Shown here one piece after another: positions 41,746-50,911 of a stretch of 64,000 bases of DNA (position 1 is the first letter of the stretch; every line of letters starts with the position of its first letter). This DNA is from Burkholderiales bacterium (GTDB lineage Bacteria > Pseudomonadota > Gammaproteobacteria > Burkholderiales > Usitatibacteraceae). The DNA lies in the NCBI GenBank assembly GCA_025360815.1, contig JANYBL010000057.1:141-64140 (forward strand), read 5' to 3'. Under the pieces are notes generated by a model, which had not been told where the DNA came from, did not search any database, and worked only from the letters and a program-made list of their open reading frames with translations. The position numbers were made by a program, and so were the translations under genes.

Positions 41746-42363
41746 CTATTTCTTGGCCGAGTTTTTTGCGTTGCGGTCAGACAACGATTTTACCAAGCCA
41801 TCAATACCATTGGCTTTAATTTCCGTGTTGAACGAACTGCGATAGTTCGTCACGAGTGAGACGCCGTCAATCAATACATCGAACACTTTCCAACCTTCCG
41901 GCAATTTTTCCATGCTGTAGTCGATTGGAATTGGTTGGCCGCCAGGCTGGGCGATGATGGTTTTGACAATAACATCCGTGTCGGTAGCGCTCAATTTGAG
42001 GGGCTTGACATCAACGCTTTGGTTGCGAAATTGCGACAACGATGTCGAATAAGTGCGCACCAATAAAGTACGGAATTGCTCGATCAGCGCTTTTTTCTGA
42101 TCGTCAGACGCATCCTTCCAGTTACGACCAACCGCGAGCTGCGTCATGTGCATAAAATTAAAATAGGGTAATACTTTTTCTTCAGCTAATTTTTCAATTT
42201 TCTTTTGATCGCCAGCCGCCAAATCTTTATCGGCTTTGATGGCGGTCAAAATATCGCCGGTATTTTTGCGGACAAGTTCATCCGGCGCAGTTTGCGCGAA
42301 CGCGACTGAACTAGCGGTCAGGGCTAAAACGAGGCTGGCTGCGGATGCAATTTGCTTCAACAT
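41746..42363 (-). CDS. mlaC: Periplasmic phospholipid-binding protein MlaC (Ttg2D family)
   Basis: A signal peptide (ASSVAFAQ) is followed by MlaC-like sequence (FNFMHMTQLAVGRNW...F...LV.TY). Confidence 0.85.
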   Translation of the reverse strand: MLKQIASAASLVLALTASSVAFAQTAPDELVRKNTGDILTAIKADKDLAAGDQKKIEKLAEEKVLPYFNFMHMTQLAVGRNWKDASDDQKKALIEQFRTLLVRTYSTSLSQFRNQSVDVKPLKLSATDTDVIVKTIIAQPGGQPIPIDYSMEKLPEGWKVFDVLIDGVSLVTNYRSSFNTEIKANGIDGLVKSLSDRNAKNSAKK

Positions 42364-42513
42364 GGTGATTTACTTTCAAGGATAGGAGTAGGTGCTGCTG
42401 CCGGTATTAACGGCTTCATCGTGCTGCGCGTTTACGTTCGGCTGTGTTGGTCTGGTTCAGAGACGCACACAGGCACACATGTTGACAACGAAAAAGAATA
42501 AGAATGTTAGCGT

Positions 42514-42984
42514 TTACTTCTTTTCGGCGCCATCGCTAGCCTTGCTGAACAAGAACTGACCGATTAGCTTTTCCAATACCACGGCCGATTGGGTAATTTT
42601 AATTGTATCGCCACCAGCCAGGTTTTTTTCGTCTCCGCCCGCGTCCAAGCCGATATAAACCTCACCCAATAAGCCAGACGTCAGAATCGATGCGCTGCTA
42701 TCTTTGGGGAAGTTATATTTTTTGTCTAGTGTCAATGTGGCGACGGCTTGGAATTTGGCGTTATCAAAATGAATTTCGGTGACACGCCCGACCAACACGC
42801 CCGCGCTTTTTACCGGCGCTTTGGCTTTCAGATTGCCGATGTTTTCGAACCGCGCTTCCACGGCATAGGTGCTCTCAACGCGGTTTGCGCCAAAGTTGCC
42901 GACGCGCAGCGCCAGCATCAATAATGCCGCGAACCCCAGCAACATAAAGAGTCCCACCCAAAAATCCATTGTTTTGCGTTCCAT
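42514..42984 (-). CDS. mlaD: MCE-domain protein MlaD
   Basis: The protein reads MERKTMDFWVGLFMLLGFAALLMLAL and then has an MCE domain (VKSAGVLVGRV). Confidence 0.85.
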   Translation of the reverse strand: MERKTMDFWVGLFMLLGFAALLMLALRVGNFGANRVESTYAVEARFENIGNLKAKAPVKSAGVLVGRVTEIHFDNAKFQAVATLTLDKKYNFPKDSSASILTSGLLGEVYIGLDAGGDEKNLAGGDTIKITQSAVVLEKLIGQFLFSKASDGAEKK

Positions 42985-43057
42985 ACTTGTTTTCCGCCTC
43001 AGTAGTGTTGCCAAGTTTCAAATTTAATAAGCATATGTGCCGGTGTGCGCGAAAAAT

Positions 43058-43852
43058 TTAAACGGGGCGCAGCATAAAGCCAGTGAGCATCAGGTCTAGC
43101 GCCAAGACCGTCAGCGCCGATGTCACAACCGTCCGCGTCGTCGCTCTGGAAACGCCTTCCGCCGTCGGCTCCGCGTCGAAGCCCTCAAAGGTGGCGATGA
43201 CTGAAATGGCAATACCAAACACGATCGATTTAACGACGCCGTTCATAATGTCATACCGGAAATCAACCGCGTCTTGCATATTGCTCCAGAACACGCCTGA
43301 ATCAATGCCGACCAAAATCATTGCCACCAAATAACCGCCAAAAATACCCATCGCTGAAAAAAGCGCGGCGAGAAGCGGCATTGAGACTACACCCGCCCAA
43401 AATCGCGGTGCAACCACGCGGGCGATCGGGTCAACCGCCATCATGTCCATTGCTTTTAGTTGCTCTGTCGCCTTCATCAAGCCGATTTCGGCGGTAATAG
43501 CCGATCCGGCGCGACTGGCGAATAGGAGTGCTGTCACAACCGGACCCAATTCGCGCACCAATGACAGCGCCACCAACACGCCCATTTGCTCTTCGGCGCC
43601 GTATGTTTGCAGCGTCTCAAACCCTTGCAAGCCCAGCACCATACCGATAAACAAGCCGGAGACCATGATGATGACCAGCGACATTACGCCAGAAAAGAAA
43701 ATCTCGCGAATGGTCAGATGAAAACGACGAAAGCTCATGCCTGATTGGCTGAGCACCAAAAAGAAAAAACGCGCCATGGAGCCACCGCGCCAGATCGCGT
43801 CAGTACCGCGGGCGCCCAAGTTGCTTATCGCCGCGAACAATTTTGACATCAT
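43058..43852 (-). CDS. mlaE: Phospholipid ABC transporter permease MlaE
   Basis: The polytopic sequence is typical of MlaE/Ttg2B. The ATG at 43852 overlaps the mlaF stop (ATGA). Confidence 0.85.
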   Translation of the reverse strand: MMSKLFAAISNLGARGTDAIWRGGSMARFFFLVLSQSGMSFRRFHLTIREIFFSGVMSLVIIMVSGLFIGMVLGLQGFETLQTYGAEEQMGVLVALSLVRELGPVVTALLFASRAGSAITAEIGLMKATEQLKAMDMMAVDPIARVVAPRFWAGVVSMPLLAALFSAMGIFGGYLVAMILVGIDSGVFWSNMQDAVDFRYDIMNGVVKSIVFGIAISVIATFEGFDAEPTAEGVSRATTRTVVTSALTVLALDLMLTGFMLRPV

Positions 43853-44697
43853 AAAGCAACCTTGGCTGCGCAAGAGTTTAGGTTTAGGTCGTCTGCATAG
43901 TCTCGGGCCGGATAATGGAACGGCACAGGGCCATCCATTTCAGCGTGAACGAATTGTTTGATATAGGGCTCTGTTGAGGCGCGGATTTCATCCGGTGTAC
44001 CTTGGCCGACAATTTTACCGTCCGCGACAAAATAGAGATAGTCCACAATCTGCAACGATTCTTGCACATCATGGGTGACGATGATCGATGTTGCGCCAAG
44101 CGAATCATTGAGTTTACGAATTGATTGTCCGACAACGGCTAGCGATATGGGATCTAGACCTGCAAAAGGCTCATCGTACATGATCAACGTGGGATCGAGC
44201 ACCACGGTGCGTGCCAAGGCCACGCGCCGGGCCATGCCGCCGGAAAGCTCTGAGGGGAACAATTTGGCTGTACCGCGCAAGCCGACTGCGTTCAGTTTCA
44301 TGAGCACCAAGTCATGAATCATTTCTTCTGGCAATTCAGTGTGTTCTCGCAGCTGGAAGGCGATGTTGTCAAAGACGCTTATGTCGGTAAACAGTGCGCC
44401 AAACTGAAACAACATGCCCATTTTGCGGCGCACTTGGTACATGCCTTCGCGATCTAGAGCGCCGACGTTTTCGCCGAGCACACGTACCACGCCTTTTGAA
44501 GCCAGCAATTGTCCGCCAATCAGCCGCAGCAACGTGGTTTTACCGCAGCCCGAGCCACCCATGATTGCCACTACTTTTCTGCGCCGCACCGTAAGGCTGA
44601 TCCCCTTCAAGATGGCGCGTTTACCGTAGGAAAAATCGACATTTTCGATCTCGACTAAAGGCTGCTCGGCGGCGGAAGGTAAAGGGGGACTAGACAA
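43849..44697 (-). CDS. mlaF: Phospholipid ABC transporter ATP-binding protein MlaF
   Basis: Walker A is GGSGCGKTT, the signature is LSGGMARR and Walker B is LIMYDEPFAGLD. The conserved part begins near VEIENVDFSYG. A TTG at 44697 is a plausible start, and the track start at 44850 adds an unlikely 50-aa extension. Confidence 0.8.
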   Translation of the reverse strand: MSSPPLPSAAEQPLVEIENVDFSYGKRAILKGISLTVRRRKVVAIMGGSGCGKTTLLRLIGGQLLASKGVVRVLGENVGALDREGMYQVRRKMGMLFQFGALFTDISVFDNIAFQLREHTELPEEMIHDLVLMKLNAVGLRGTAKLFPSELSGGMARRVALARTVVLDPTLIMYDEPFAGLDPISLAVVGQSIRKLNDSLGATSIIVTHDVQESLQIVDYLYFVADGKIVGQGTPDEIRASTEPYIKQFVHAEMDGPVPFHYPARDYADDLNLNSCAAKVAL

Positions 44698-45126
44698 GTG
44701 ATATTCCGTAAAATTAGGAGGCGGTAGCGGAAAAAATGAAGCAGAAAATAAAGCGGAAATACTGGCGCACAACGGCGAAAAAAAGCGAAATGGGCTCAAA
44801 ACAGGCAAGCAACGCCAGCTTTGGTTGACGGGACACTTTAAAGAAAACAAAAATGTTATGGTGAGATTTTAGCATTGCTGTACCAACATGGCCAATTAAC
44901 TACGATGCGATATGCGATTATTCGCCATGAACTTGACCCCGCTACTCAAAAAACTAATGATAATTTGTGTTGGCAAAGTTGCTGGCAAAGCAATGAAATG
45001 CTTCGATTTGACTTGCTGAATATCCTTTCCGCAAGCAATACTCTAATGCAGCCAAATGTTGCCCTTGTGCGATCAGGGTATTCTCTTAATTTTTAACCTG
45101 GATTTTTCCTTTTGGCAAACCCAGCT

Positions 45127-46653
45127 ATGCCAACAACAAATGCCGCTCCAACAAAAACCGTAGACGCCGTCAAGCCATGCTTGCTTATTGTCGATGACGA
45201 TCCGTTGATTAGCGAAAGCCTGGCATTTGTGTTGGCGGCGGATTTTAAGGTAGAGGTAGCCGAATCTCGCAGCGAGGCCATTGCGCTGCTTAAAAGTGGG
45301 CGCTTCAGGCCAGCGCTTGCATTGATTGATCTAGGATTGCCGCCATTGCCTGATCTGCCAACTGAAGGTTTCAAACTGGTGGGGGATTTGCTTTCTTGGT
45401 CACCCGACATTCGTATTTTGGTGTTATCCGGGCAAAATGAGGAATCCAATGCCCGCCGCGCAAGGGCGCTTGGCGCCGCTGAATTGGTGCCCAAACCTTG
45501 CGAACCGAGCCATTTGCGGCGTCTTTTGCTGTCGGCTTTGGCGGGGAAAGACGTAGCCGACGCCACCGAAAACGACGACCGACAACAAGGCTTGATCGGT
45601 GACAGCTTGCCGATGCGCAAGCTTAAAAACCAGATCGATCTTTACGCATCTTCCGTCTTTCCAGCGCTGATTGAGGGCGAATCGGGCAGCGGTAAAGAGC
45701 GTGTGGCAAAAGCACTACACGATTTGAGCCCTCGTGCGAGGCTACCGTTTTTGGCGCTCAATTGCGCGGCGATTTCGGCCAATTTGGTCGAGCCCACATT
45801 ATTTGGCTACGCAAAAGGCTCCTTTACGGGCGCCGCGGCCGCCAAATCAGGTTATTTTGAAGACGCCAGTGAAGGCACGTTGTTTCTCGATGAAATTGGC
45901 GAGTTGCCGCTGGAATTGCAGCCAAAATTATTGCGGGTGCTTGAAAACGGCGAGTTTCAGCGGGTCGGTGAAACCCAATCCCGGCAGGCGCATGCGCGCA
46001 TCGTGGCCGCCACCAATCGTGATTTGAAAGCCGAAGTCAAAGCAGGACGTTTCCGTGCGGATCTCTACCACCGGCTTTCGGTGTTTTCGATTTTGGTGCC
46101 GCCGCTGCGGGATTGCGGTGATGACAAACTAAAATTGATGGATCATTATCGCGCGCAATATGCGGCGAAATATGCGCCAAAATATGCCCCTACGTACACG
46201 TCGGTACATAGCAATGCTAAAGCGATGCAGCCATTTAATTTAGATCTAGAGGCGCGCCAAGCATGGCTCCAATACGGATTCCCGGGCAACGTGCGGGAGC
46301 TAAAAAATATCGTCATTAGGCTCACGGCGAAGTTTTCCGGCTACACCGTCTCGCCAGCCGATTTGTTGCAGGAGTTTGAGCCTGAAGCGGATGCGATGCT
46401 TAGGGCGCAGCAAACGATGCCGATGGCGCCTCAAGCCGCGACAGGTGAATCTAGGTTGCCGAGTTGGCTCGACGCACGCGCTGATATCGAGAAAAATGCC
46501 AACTTTGATTTGGGCACCAAATTGCGCGAGATTGAGCTTCAGTACATCGATGCGGCTATTGCGGTTGCCGAGGGGAATATGTCGCATGCGGCACGAATAC
46601 TCGGAGTTTCGCGTTCTACTCTTTACAGCCGCATCGAGGCACTAAAGCATTAA
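45127..46653 (+). CDS. Sigma-54-dependent response regulator (NtrC family, PrsR-like receiver)
   Basis: The receiver reads LLIVDDDP...ALIDLGLPPLPDLPTEGF. In the AAA+ domain, Walker A is GESGSGKE, the GAFTGA variant is GSFTGA, and GFPGNVRELKN is present. The C-terminal Fis-type HTH is HAARILGVSRSTLYSRI. The ATG is at 45127; the track uses a TTG at 45112. Confidence 0.85.
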   Translation: MPTTNAAPTKTVDAVKPCLLIVDDDPLISESLAFVLAADFKVEVAESRSEAIALLKSGRFRPALALIDLGLPPLPDLPTEGFKLVGDLLSWSPDIRILVLSGQNEESNARRARALGAAELVPKPCEPSHLRRLLLSALAGKDVADATENDDRQQGLIGDSLPMRKLKNQIDLYASSVFPALIEGESGSGKERVAKALHDLSPRARLPFLALNCAAISANLVEPTLFGYAKGSFTGAAAAKSGYFEDASEGTLFLDEIGELPLELQPKLLRVLENGEFQRVGETQSRQAHARIVAATNRDLKAEVKAGRFRADLYHRLSVFSILVPPLRDCGDDKLKLMDHYRAQYAAKYAPKYAPTYTSVHSNAKAMQPFNLDLEARQAWLQYGFPGNVRELKNIVIRLTAKFSGYTVSPADLLQEFEPEADAMLRAQQTMPMAPQAATGESRLPSWLDARADIEKNANFDLGTKLREIELQYIDAAIAVAEGNMSHAARILGVSRSTLYSRIEALKH

Positions 46654-46796
46654 GCGTAATAAACATTAAAGGCTCTAGAATAATGCAGGCTTTATAATGT
46701 TTTTTGATGTTGCAGTACAGTTTCCCAGCCGCCGGCACACTTCTATGTTCTGAGGTCAGCACCTTCAGTCGAGCACACCCTGAAATTTTAAAAACC

Positions 46797-48365
46797 ATGA
46801 CGATGTATCTTGAGCATTTCGGCTTTACCGAAGCACCTTTCAAAATCACGCCGCACACTGAGTTTTTTTTCGCGGGGGCAAATCGTGGTGAAACCCTCGA
46901 TGCCTTAATCTACGCCATCACCAGCGGTGAAGGCATGGTTAAAGTGACTGGCGAAGTTGGTGCTGGCAAAACCATGTTGTGCCGCGTGCTGATGGAGCGG
47001 TTGCCGAAAACAGTTGAAACCATTTATCTTGCCGTGCCTTCGCTGTCGCGAGACGAGTTGCTCGCGGTTATTGCGGGCGATTTAGGTATCGACACACAGG
47101 GCGGCAACACCACCAAGCTGGTGCGAGCGTTGCAAGAACGGCTGATTGAAATTCATGCTGAAGGCAAGCAGGTCGTTGCGCTGATTGACGAGGCCCATGC
47201 CATGCCACTCGAGACGCTGGAACAAATTCGCCTGCTGTCGAATCTCGAAACTAGTCACGATAAATTGATGCAAATTGTCCTGTTTGGCCAGCCGGAGTTG
47301 GACCAGCACTTGATGCTGCCACACATGCGCCAGCTAAAGGAACGCATTACACACAGTTTTAATTTGTTGCCGCTTCCGGCGCACGACATCAAGGATTATC
47401 TGGATTTTCGGCTGCGGGCAGCAGGCTATAAGGGGGCTGATTTATTTGGCCCCGCATCGCTAGAGTTGATCGCCGACGCCTCCGAGGGCTTAACACGCCG
47501 CATAAATATTTATGCCGACAAAACCTTGCTGGCCGCCTATGCTTCCGGCACTCACACCGTTACCGAAGATCATGTCCGCGCGGCGATTAGCGATACGCAA
47601 ATTTTGCTGCCAGAAATCCCGAGCCAGAACTGGTTATTTTGGTTATCCGTCGCCACTGCTTTGCTGGTCGGGTCGGGCTTGGGATTTCTCGTGGGGCGCA
47701 TGACCACGAAGTCACCTACAGCCAGTGCAGAAATTGTGCAAAACCTTGTCTCAAAGCCGATTATTGTGGCGCCGGTACCAACGTCGGCTGCCGTGCCTAG
47801 CACTACTATCGCCTCGGCCCCAGCCCCCGGCGCTCCGCCGCCGACTCTTGCTACCTCGGCATCTGGATTAGCGCCTGCGGCAGTTAGTGAGCCCGCGACG
47901 ATGCCATCGTCCGGCGCCTCAACTGGTGCACCGACCAATGCTGCAGTCAGCAATGACTTCGCGCCCACACTGAGCAAAACGCTATCCACCGCCAGTGACG
48001 CACCAAAACGTGTAGAGGCCGTTGAAAAAGACTGGCTCCATATCCGCATGCAGGCCGATTTAAAACGATTGCGTTCTCTCAAAGCCTCGAACTACGCGAT
48101 CCAACTCATGACGGCCGATGCCCGCGAAAAATCGGCGATTGAAAATTATTTGCGGGCTTTGAGTCGGGAGCTCAACCCTGATCGCGTCATGATTTACCCG
48201 ACAGGAACCGATGAAAATCCGCGCGTTAGTGTGCTTTATGGAAGTTACACTGACCGTGCAGATGCCAACGGTGAAATTTCCAGCCTACCCACCAAACTAC
48301 AAAAATTTTCACCTTATGCACGCTCGATGCAGGTAATTCGCGACGATATTCGCCCTGGACAATAG
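46797..48365 (+). CDS. MshM/ExeA(GspA)-like AAA ATPase fused to a TM segment, a Pro/Ala/Ser-rich linker and a SPOR-like domain
   Basis: MYLEHFGFTEAPFKITP...GEGMVKVTGEVGAGKTMLCRVL is the ExeA/MshM N-terminal pattern. The TM segment is NWLFWLSVATALLVGSGLGFLVG. The C-terminus is NYAIQLMTADAREKSAIENYL...VSVLYGSYTDRADA. Confidence 0.8.
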   Translation: MTMYLEHFGFTEAPFKITPHTEFFFAGANRGETLDALIYAITSGEGMVKVTGEVGAGKTMLCRVLMERLPKTVETIYLAVPSLSRDELLAVIAGDLGIDTQGGNTTKLVRALQERLIEIHAEGKQVVALIDEAHAMPLETLEQIRLLSNLETSHDKLMQIVLFGQPELDQHLMLPHMRQLKERITHSFNLLPLPAHDIKDYLDFRLRAAGYKGADLFGPASLELIADASEGLTRRINIYADKTLLAAYASGTHTVTEDHVRAAISDTQILLPEIPSQNWLFWLSVATALLVGSGLGFLVGRMTTKSPTASAEIVQNLVSKPIIVAPVPTSAAVPSTTIASAPAPGAPPPTLATSASGLAPAAVSEPATMPSSGASTGAPTNAAVSNDFAPTLSKTLSTASDAPKRVEAVEKDWLHIRMQADLKRLRSLKASNYAIQLMTADAREKSAIENYLRALSRELNPDRVMIYPTGTDENPRVSVLYGSYTDRADANGEISSLPTKLQKFSPYARSMQVIRDDIRPGQ

Positions 48366-48904
48366 GCGACGGAGTCATTTATTGTTACTCATATTCCGTT
48401 GTGCCACCGCTTCTAGAGCCGCTTGAACTTCTGAACGTGTCCTGGAAACCTGGCATGCGAAGAAACGTAAAAATGGCCCGTTTCCATAACTAAAGTAATT
48501 TTTGCGATAGTGCTCACAAGCCATTGCTTTTGTTGGCAATTCGACTTATAAAGTAAGCTAAGATGCACCGCCAAAGAAGGGGTAATGTACATTGCGGTCG
48601 TCTGGGCAATTTTTGGGCAAACCATAAAACGTCAACGCACATAAAATCAGGCGACCTCAACAGCATGCTCAAATCACTGCATAAAATTAGTTCGTTCTCG
48701 TCTCACGTATCGTCCGAGTTTGCGCTCGGGTCTGCGTTTCAGCCGGTTTCCCCGACTAGGCTGCCGTCTTTTTCCCGCAACTTAATATTGAGATATGCTA
48801 AACAGACAACAGCGGCTGACCGGACAGCAGTGGCTGACCGAAAAATAGCGGCCAAACGAAAAAATGGGTGGCTTTTTCCAAAGCTGAAGGAGTTGAAATT
48901 TTTC

Positions 48905-50911
48905 ATGATGCAACATCAAAAAGCGCCGAGTGTTCCATTACCAATGAAAAAATTTGGCCGCATCCTTTTCGCTTTCGGCTTGGGAGTTGCCGTCGCCCTG
49001 GCGCTTGCGAGCTGTGGTACCGCCCCAGTTGCACGTGTGGACGGGCACTTACGTAGCGATGGCGTTGACGGGATCATCGACGGTAGTGATGCTCGAAAGT
49101 CCGGTACGAGCGCGACACAACGCGCGTCGGGCAACGTACCGCAACCGGTTAGCCAAGTGCCGCTGCCGCCGCCGCCGCAGGCGCGTATCGATGAAATCCG
49201 CTATTCAGTTACGGTCAAAGATGTACCGGTGCAAGATTTGCTGTTCGCCATCAGTCGCGATACCAAAGTCAATATTGATGTTCATAATGGCATAGAAGGC
49301 CGCGTCACCTTAAACGCGATTGACCAAACACTAAAGCAGATTCTGACGCGCGTCGCCAAACAAGTGGATATGCGTTTTGAAGTCGACGGTCCGAACTTGG
49401 TGGTGATGCCCGATTCACCCTATTTGAAAATGTATAAAGTTGACTACGTCAATATGACGCGTGACTCATCCGGCTCGATCGGCATCCAAACTCAAGTGGT
49501 GGGCCCTGCTGGTGTAGGAGCAACCACAGGTGGTGGCACGCAGAACAGCACCCAATTGAAAATCGACAACTCGTCGAAAAATCGTTTTTGGGAGAGCTTG
49601 GACAAAAACATCAAAGAGCTACTACGTGAGACCGACAAGCAACTGCCAGAGGGTAGCTCTGAAACCTTTGTTCGTGATCAATCACAAGGCGCTTCACAGA
49701 CTAATCGCAGCCAAACGAATGTCCAACGCGGCACCGCGCGCAGCGGTGGCAGCAGCGCGAAAACGAATGCCCGCACTGACATCACCGGCCCTGGCCTGTC
49801 TGAGAATCAAGTCGAATCGCAGTCCAGCTCGCAAACACTCACCTTCCGCGAAGCCGCGTCGGTCATTATTAACCCCGAAACCGGAACCGTTTCGGTTCGG
49901 GCATCGGCACGTCAGCACGAAAAAATCGCCGAGTTCATTACCCAAGTTGCAGGCTCCGCCAGCCGCCAGGTGCTGATTGAAGCAACCGTGGTTGAGGTCA
50001 CGCTAAGTGATAATTACCAATCCGGAGTGGATTGGTCGGCGTTGGGTTTAAAAGGCGTGGGCTACTCTTTCACCCAAGCTTTCACCCCAACCTTGCTGTC
50101 AGATATCACCGGTGCGCCAACAACGAAGAATTTCGGTATTCAGTACAGCAATCCCAACGCGGCCGTCGGTGGTTCAATTTCAAGCAGCATTAAGTTGCTC
50201 GATTCATTTGGTACGACTAAAGTGTTGTCCAGCCCGCGTTTGACGACGCTCAACAACCAAACAGCCGTCATGAAAGTGGTTGAAAACAAGGTCTATTTCA
50301 CTGTCAAGGCCGAGGTTACTGCGGGCGCTGCAAACACCGCTGGCGTTGCCACGCCTATTATTTCCTACACATCCACACCCAATGTCGTGCCGGAAGGATT
50401 TGTAATGAACGTCACCGCGCAAATCAGCGAGGGCGACATTATTACGCTCAATGTGCGCCCCAGCATTACGCGAATTGTCAGCTATGTGAACGACCCGAAC
50501 CCCGATCTGGCGCGTGCCAACGTCATTAACAAAGTACCGCAAATTCAAACGCGCGAATTTGAAACCGTGCTGCGCGTGCCAAGCGGTCAGACCGCCGTAC
50601 TGGGTGGGTTGATGCAGGATAGTTTTGAAGGTCGACGCGATGGTCTGCCGGTCGTTTCACGCTGGAAAATATTTGGCGATGCCGTTAGCTATCGTAACGA
50701 TACGGGCCGAAAAACAGAGCTGGTCGTTTTCCTGCGTCCGCTGGTGATCAAAGATGCGAGCGTGGAGACCGATTTTTCGGAATATCGTCGATTGTTGCCA
50801 GACAAAAAATTCTTTAAGGAGGCGGAGCCCACGTTTCCCGTACTCTATCCGCCTACCGATACGCGCATCACGCCGGATGGCACAACATCACCAGTGAGGC
50901 CGACACCGTGA
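48905..50911 (+). CDS. Secretin (MshL/GspD/PilQ superfamily), probable lipoprotein
   Basis: The lipobox is LALASCG. The C-terminal secretin domain has VLIEATVVEV, TKVLSSPRLTTLNNQTAVMKV and VLGGLMQD...DGLPV...ELVVFLRP. Possible starts are ATG 48905 or 48944. The track start at 48563 is an extension. Confidence 0.85.
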   Translation: MMQHQKAPSVPLPMKKFGRILFAFGLGVAVALALASCGTAPVARVDGHLRSDGVDGIIDGSDARKSGTSATQRASGNVPQPVSQVPLPPPPQARIDEIRYSVTVKDVPVQDLLFAISRDTKVNIDVHNGIEGRVTLNAIDQTLKQILTRVAKQVDMRFEVDGPNLVVMPDSPYLKMYKVDYVNMTRDSSGSIGIQTQVVGPAGVGATTGGGTQNSTQLKIDNSSKNRFWESLDKNIKELLRETDKQLPEGSSETFVRDQSQGASQTNRSQTNVQRGTARSGGSSAKTNARTDITGPGLSENQVESQSSSQTLTFREAASVIINPETGTVSVRASARQHEKIAEFITQVAGSASRQVLIEATVVEVTLSDNYQSGVDWSALGLKGVGYSFTQAFTPTLLSDITGAPTTKNFGIQYSNPNAAVGGSISSSIKLLDSFGTTKVLSSPRLTTLNNQTAVMKVVENKVYFTVKAEVTAGAANTAGVATPIISYTSTPNVVPEGFVMNVTAQISEGDIITLNVRPSITRIVSYVNDPNPDLARANVINKVPQIQTREFETVLRVPSGQTAVLGGLMQDSFEGRRDGLPVVSRWKIFGDAVSYRNDTGRKTELVVFLRPLVIKDASVETDFSEYRRLLPDKKFFKEAEPTFPVLYPPTDTRITPDGTTSPVRPTP

